Origin: Truepera sp.
Lineage (GTDB): Bacteria > Deinococcota > Deinococci > Deinococcales > Trueperaceae
Direction of reading: 5' to 3'
NCBI GenBank assembly: GCA_965218435.1
Contig: CBDCKW010000009.1
Coordinates: 1,696,001 to 1,760,000 of the forward strand
DNA: 64,000 nt
Shown: positions 60,164-64,000 of the stretch, piece after piece
Position numbering within the stretch: position 1 is the stretch's first letter
How the letters are laid out: every line of letters starts with the position of its first letter
Translations under genes and position numbers: made by a program
The notes under the pieces: generated by a model
The model's input: the letters and a program-made list of their open reading frames with translations, nothing else
The model's database searches: none
What the model was told of the DNA's origin: nothing

Positions 60164-60230
60164 AGTCCTCCTTATCAAAATGTAGACGCTACTGTGACGC
60201 AGGGATGTTGCAATACGCACAGCGGAAGCT

Positions 60231-60262
60231 GTAACACTGCGGCAACAGAGGTTTTGTACAGT
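60231..60262 (+). promoter_or_regulatory. Putative activator-dependent promoter of the peptide gene
   Basis: GTAACAC-N4-GCAACAG-N8-TACAGT: heptamers 11 bp apart, 8 nt before a -10-like hexamer. Confidence 0.5.
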
Positions 60263-60288
60263 TAAAGACAGTTAAAGGAGGCAACAAC

Positions 60289-60405
60289 ATGTTCAAAAAA
60301 GCCCTTATCATCGGTATGATTTGCTTAAGCGTAGGTAGTGTCGGCTTTGCAAGACCTAGGACCGGGGACCCTGGCTGTATCTCTCCTATGTCATCACGTA
60401 AATAG
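60289..60405 (+). CDS. 38-aa secreted pro-peptide MFKKALIIGMICLSVGSVGFA-RPRTGDPGCISPMSSRK (below ORF-track cutoff)
   Basis: AAGGAGG RBS 7 nt upstream; basic n-region, hydrophobic h-region and G-F-A cleavage site. Confidence 0.8.
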   Translation: MFKKALIIGMICLSVGSVGFARPRTGDPGCISPMSSRK

Positions 60406-60488
60406 CGTCTTAATATCCACGAGAAAGGTCACGGTCACACACTATCAAACCTGAACCCTCGCGAGCAGTTTCCCAAACCCGTGTTTGT

Positions 60489-60520
60489 AGGTGAGCGTGA
60501 ATACGACTTCGCGCTCACCT
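60489..60520 (+). terminator. 13-bp hairpin downstream of the peptide gene
   Basis: AGGTGAGCGTGAA-TACGAC-TTCGCGCTCACCT (one G-U pair); no U-tract. Confidence 0.45.
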
Positions 60521-60729
60521 GACGCGTGTGTGAAGGTAGCCTCTATCTATTGCCCGAAAACGGATCGTCGTTTTACCGGGAGGTGTCACTTGTGTGCGTT
60601 CAAGTAGACTTTACAAACCGGGTGAGGCATTTCGGGAAGCAGCGGTGTTTTGGTTGGTAACAGCCCGTTTTGGTGCGTCACTGGTCAAACTGAGTTAATC
60701 AAAAGCTTGTGCGACTTTGCCACACGTCC

Positions 60730-61062
60730 TCTTGTGAAGAAACGCGGCGGTCGCTGCGCGTGTCGTCAGGTTTGCTTACCTCGTTAGAGAGTAGGCGGTT
60801 ATCTGGGATTGACCGGACGCCTCGAGCAGCTCGGCCTCGCCGCATACCTGCACGACTTGGAAAAACCCAGCTTATCAGCTGCGCTACTGCAAACACCCGA
60901 ACAGTTGACGACAGACGGATGGAAGCAGATGAGGCGGCACCCCGTGAGGGTGAACGTCTTTTAGGGGTGCCGCCGCCGCTTTTGGGCACAGTTATAGCGC
61001 AGCATCATGAACGGCTCGACGGGTCGGTGACGATCTACGACCGTCTTTCGGTGCATCTGTGA
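60730..61062 (+). pseudogene. Decayed HD-GYP (c-di-GMP phosphodiesterase) gene
   Basis: LGLAAYLHDLEK, QLTTDGWKQMRRHP and IAQHHERLDGS occur in order but not in one continuous reading frame; the GYP segment is missing. Confidence 0.8.
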
Positions 61063-61161
61063 TCCAGATAGAACACTTGCCGAGTTGCGCTACCGTAACA
61101 GCGTGTTTGAGCTAGGGGCTGTCGCCGCTACTTTTGCAGAGATGACAGGAACATTTCCAGT

Positions 61162-62598
61162 TTAAGTCTCGCGGTAACGCCTCAACGCCTCCTGGTAAAG
61201 CTCACTCTGGGCGGGCTGAAAATCGTGATCGCTTTCCAGCTGCGCCAACGACGCTGCCTGCTCCGCAACGCCCAAACCTTGCAAGGCTAGCAGCGCCGCG
61301 CCGTAAGCCGGTCCCTGGCTCTGCTTGGGCCGGGTGAGCGGTAGCCCCAGTACATCTGCGGTAAGTTGCAACCACATCTCCGAACGAGCCCCGCCACCGG
61401 TGGTAAAGGCTTTGGTCAGCGGCGCGAGCGGTGTGATGATGTCGAACGCGTCACGGAGGCTGAAGGCGACGCCCTCGAGCACCGACCGCACCAAATCAGC
61501 TTGCGTGGTGGCTAAGCTCAGACCCGTCCACGACCCGCGCAGATCAGGGTCTAAGTAAGGCGTGCGTTCCCCGGCCAGGTACGGCCTAAACGTGACGCCG
61601 TTGGCTCCCGGTTGAGAGGTCGCTGCTTCTTGCGTCAGCTCGTCAAACCTCACCCCCGGCCTTAAGGTATCGCGGTACCACTGCAAACTTCCGGCGGCGG
61701 CGAGGGTAACGCCGAGAAGGTTGTAACCGCCGTCCGCGTGACAAAAGAGGTGGACGCGCCCCTCCGGGTCGGGGGTCGGTGCGCCTAGTGGCGCGAAAAC
61801 GACGCCCGACGTGCCGAGGCTGACGCTGCCCACGCCGGGGGTAAGGCTCGAGAGTCCCAGCCCTATCGCAGCAGCGGCGTTGTCCCCGGCCCCGGCAACG
61901 ACCGGTAAATCTTTCGGCAAACCCGTTTGCCGGGCTAATTCGTCAGTCAGTTGACCGGTGACCTCATGCGACGCGACGATCTCCGGGAAAAGGTCGGTAG
62001 AGAGCCCCAGCGCCCCCAACACCTCAGCGTCCCAAACTTTTTGGGCGATCTCAAAGCAGTTCGTCCCCGACGCGTCGGTCGGTTCAGCGGCAATCACCCC
62101 GGTCAGTTTGAAGCCCAGATAATCTTTAGGTAAGAGCACGTGGCGAGTACGGGTGAAGTTGTCGGGCTCCGCTTGTCTGAGCCAGAGCAGTTTGGGCAGC
62201 TGAAAGCCGGTAATCGCTGGATTGCCGGTGCGTGCGACTAACGTTTCTCGAGGTACGGCGTCAGAAAGTTCTGCGACCCCCGAGCCGGTACGTTGATCGT
62301 TCCACAAGAGAGCAGGCCGGACGACCTCGCCGTGCGCGTCTAAGGGCACCATCCCGTGCATCTGCCCGGAAAGCCCGAGCGCCACAATGTCGTGCCCGCC
62401 GAGTTTTGCAGTCAACTCTTGAAGGGCTGCCACCGTCCCGGCAAACCAGTCTTCGGGATTTTGCTCCGTCCAACCGGGGCGCGGCGTCAGGAGCGGGTAG
62501 CTGCGGGTACTTTCCGCGACAACTGTGCCCGCCTCGTCAACGGCGAGTACGCGGACGCCGCTCGTGCCGATATCCACACCTAATGACAGCGCCGTCAC
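61162..62598 (-). CDS. xylB: Xylulokinase (FGGY family)
   Basis: [36 protein letters not shown] and GERTP. Confidence 0.93.
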   Translation of the reverse strand: MTALSLGVDIGTSGVRVLAVDEAGTVVAESTRSYPLLTPRPGWTEQNPEDWFAGTVAALQELTAKLGGHDIVALGLSGQMHGMVPLDAHGEVVRPALLWNDQRTGSGVAELSDAVPRETLVARTGNPAITGFQLPKLLWLRQAEPDNFTRTRHVLLPKDYLGFKLTGVIAAEPTDASGTNCFEIAQKVWDAEVLGALGLSTDLFPEIVASHEVTGQLTDELARQTGLPKDLPVVAGAGDNAAAAIGLGLSSLTPGVGSVSLGTSGVVFAPLGAPTPDPEGRVHLFCHADGGYNLLGVTLAAAGSLQWYRDTLRPGVRFDELTQEAATSQPGANGVTFRPYLAGERTPYLDPDLRGSWTGLSLATTQADLVRSVLEGVAFSLRDAFDIITPLAPLTKAFTTGGGARSEMWLQLTADVLGLPLTRPKQSQGPAYGAALLALQGLGVAEQAASLAQLESDHDFQPAQSELYQEALRRYRET

Positions 62599-62744
62599 GC
62601 CGTCCCCGCCCTTAAAGGTAAGCGAACTACTTTATTAGGGGCGACAGCTAACCTTACTACCGACATAATTCTCCCGTCTTGTACAAGCAAGTCTTGTGCA
62701 GTTGGGCCGATCATACCTGTTTGGGGACACTCCCATAAACCGGG

Positions 62745-63812
62745 TCAGGCCCGGTAACGCTGCGCCGGCAGCGCCCGGAGCCGTGCCGCCGCGTCCTCAG
62801 CCGTCAGGTCGCGCTGCGCCTCAGCCAACCACTCGTAGCTGGCGACGAATTTCTGTACGCTAGCTGAGCGTAAGAGCGGCGGGTAGTAGTGCGCGTGCAG
62901 CTGCCAGTGCCGCACGTCACCTGCGCTACCGGTAGGGGCACCGTGCCACCCCGAGCAGTAGGGAAACGACGTCTCAAAAAGGTTGTCAAAACGGACCAGC
63001 ATGATTTTGAGGATGTCTGCCAGCGCGTCTCGCTCAGTAACCGTCAGGTCGGGGAGACGCAAAACATGACGTTTGGGGAGGACCAAGGTTTCAAACGGCC
63101 AGTACGCCCAGTACGGCACTACCACGAGCCAGTGGTCGTTTTCGGCGACGGTGCGCTCGCTCAAGCTGCTCTCTCTCTCTCTATAGTCAACCAGCAGCGG
63201 ACTACCGTGCTGCTCAAAGTAACGTTTTTGCTGCGTGTCTTCTAGCAAAGCTTCATTCGGCAAAAAGTCGCTCGCCCAAATCTGCCCGTGGGGGTGCGGG
63301 TTCGACGCCCCGACCATCGCTCCTTTGCTCTCAAAAATCTGCACCCAGCGGTAATGTTCACCAAGCTCGAGAATCTGCGTCCCCCACAGATCAACGACTT
63401 TACGAATGGCCGAAACGTCCAGCTCAGCGAGCGTCAGGTCGTGGCGCGGCGAAAAACAGATCACGCGGCAGAGCCCCCGAACGCTCTCACCCTGAAAGAG
63501 CGGGTCGGCGCTGCCGCTAGTAGCACTGTGCTCCTCCGGCGTATCCGGCAAAAGTGCGGCGAAGTCGTTGGTAAAGACAAACGTGTCTCGGTACTCGGGA
63601 TTGTGGGCGTCGCCAGCGCGTTCGTTACCGGGGCAGAGGTAACAGGCCGGGTCGTATTCGGGCCGCTCGTTCCGGCTGGGCGCTTCAACTTTGCCCTGCC
63701 AAGGCCGCCGGTTGCGCTGCGGTGAGACCAGCACATATCCGCCGGTCAGCGGGTTGAGGCGGCGGTGCGGACCGGTGGGCGTGAAAATGTCTAGCCGTTT
63801 GTCTGTAGCCAT
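62745..63812 (-). CDS. galT: Galactose-1-phosphate uridylyltransferase
   Basis: [31 protein letters not shown] and [10 protein letters not shown]. Confidence 0.96.
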   Translation of the reverse strand: MATDKRLDIFTPTGPHRRLNPLTGGYVLVSPQRNRRPWQGKVEAPSRNERPEYDPACYLCPGNERAGDAHNPEYRDTFVFTNDFAALLPDTPEEHSATSGSADPLFQGESVRGLCRVICFSPRHDLTLAELDVSAIRKVVDLWGTQILELGEHYRWVQIFESKGAMVGASNPHPHGQIWASDFLPNEALLEDTQQKRYFEQHGSPLLVDYRERESSLSERTVAENDHWLVVVPYWAYWPFETLVLPKRHVLRLPDLTVTERDALADILKIMLVRFDNLFETSFPYCSGWHGAPTGSAGDVRHWQLHAHYYPPLLRSASVQKFVASYEWLAEAQRDLTAEDAAARLRALPAQRYRA

Positions 63813-64000
63813 AACGCTATCGTAACGCGGCTTGGTAGAGACAAACCAAAAGGTTCGCTAAGCGCCAAGGGAAAGCCGGCACTCAGTAAGAACTTGGCGG
63901 TCAGGAGTCGAAATTCAGGAGTCGGTAAAAGGTCTAAACAACCTTATCTTTAGCAGGTGCTCAGGCCGCCCTAGCCAAGCAGCCAGGGCTTATACTTGTA

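Noticed and set aside
60289..60405. RiPP precursor interpretation of the small peptide
   Set aside because: No modifying enzymes or dedicated exporter nearby, and the N-terminus looks like an ordinary Sec signal rather than a RiPP leader.

Overview
GC-rich bacterial chromosomal window, most likely Deinococcota (Truepera/Trueperaceae-like). This placement is inferred from the LysW-pathway lysK, an SlpA-like SLH protein, many apparently leaderless genes and heavy CTCGAG iteration. Housekeeping and metabolic content: a purine/urate catabolism cluster (uraD-pucL-uraH-allB-allE-[Fic]-allC-[kinase]-xdhA-xdhB), folate genes (folC, folP, folB, folK), pecS/pecM, rarA, trpS, pyrE, tctCBA, a GH13 amylase, lysK, ackA-pta, HU, xylB and galT. 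No rRNA, tRNA, CRISPR array or intact transposase was seen. The most notable items are: (1) a candidate peptide-signalling cassette at 57.5-60.5 kb, made of an 815-aa degenerate-STAND/TPR/wHTH-BTAD regulator and an unannotated 38-aa secreted pro-peptide whose promoter has SARP-like repeat geometry; (2) a three-gene non-cellulosomal cohesin-dockerin surface module at 41.6-43.8 kb carrying an apparently inactive metzincin; (3) a c-di-GMP-II riboswitch in front of a large surface lipoprotein; (4) strong CTCGAG over-representation; (5) several single-lesion genes, decayed remnants and two probable CTG starts. All domain calls come from manual motif recognition, not from database searches.
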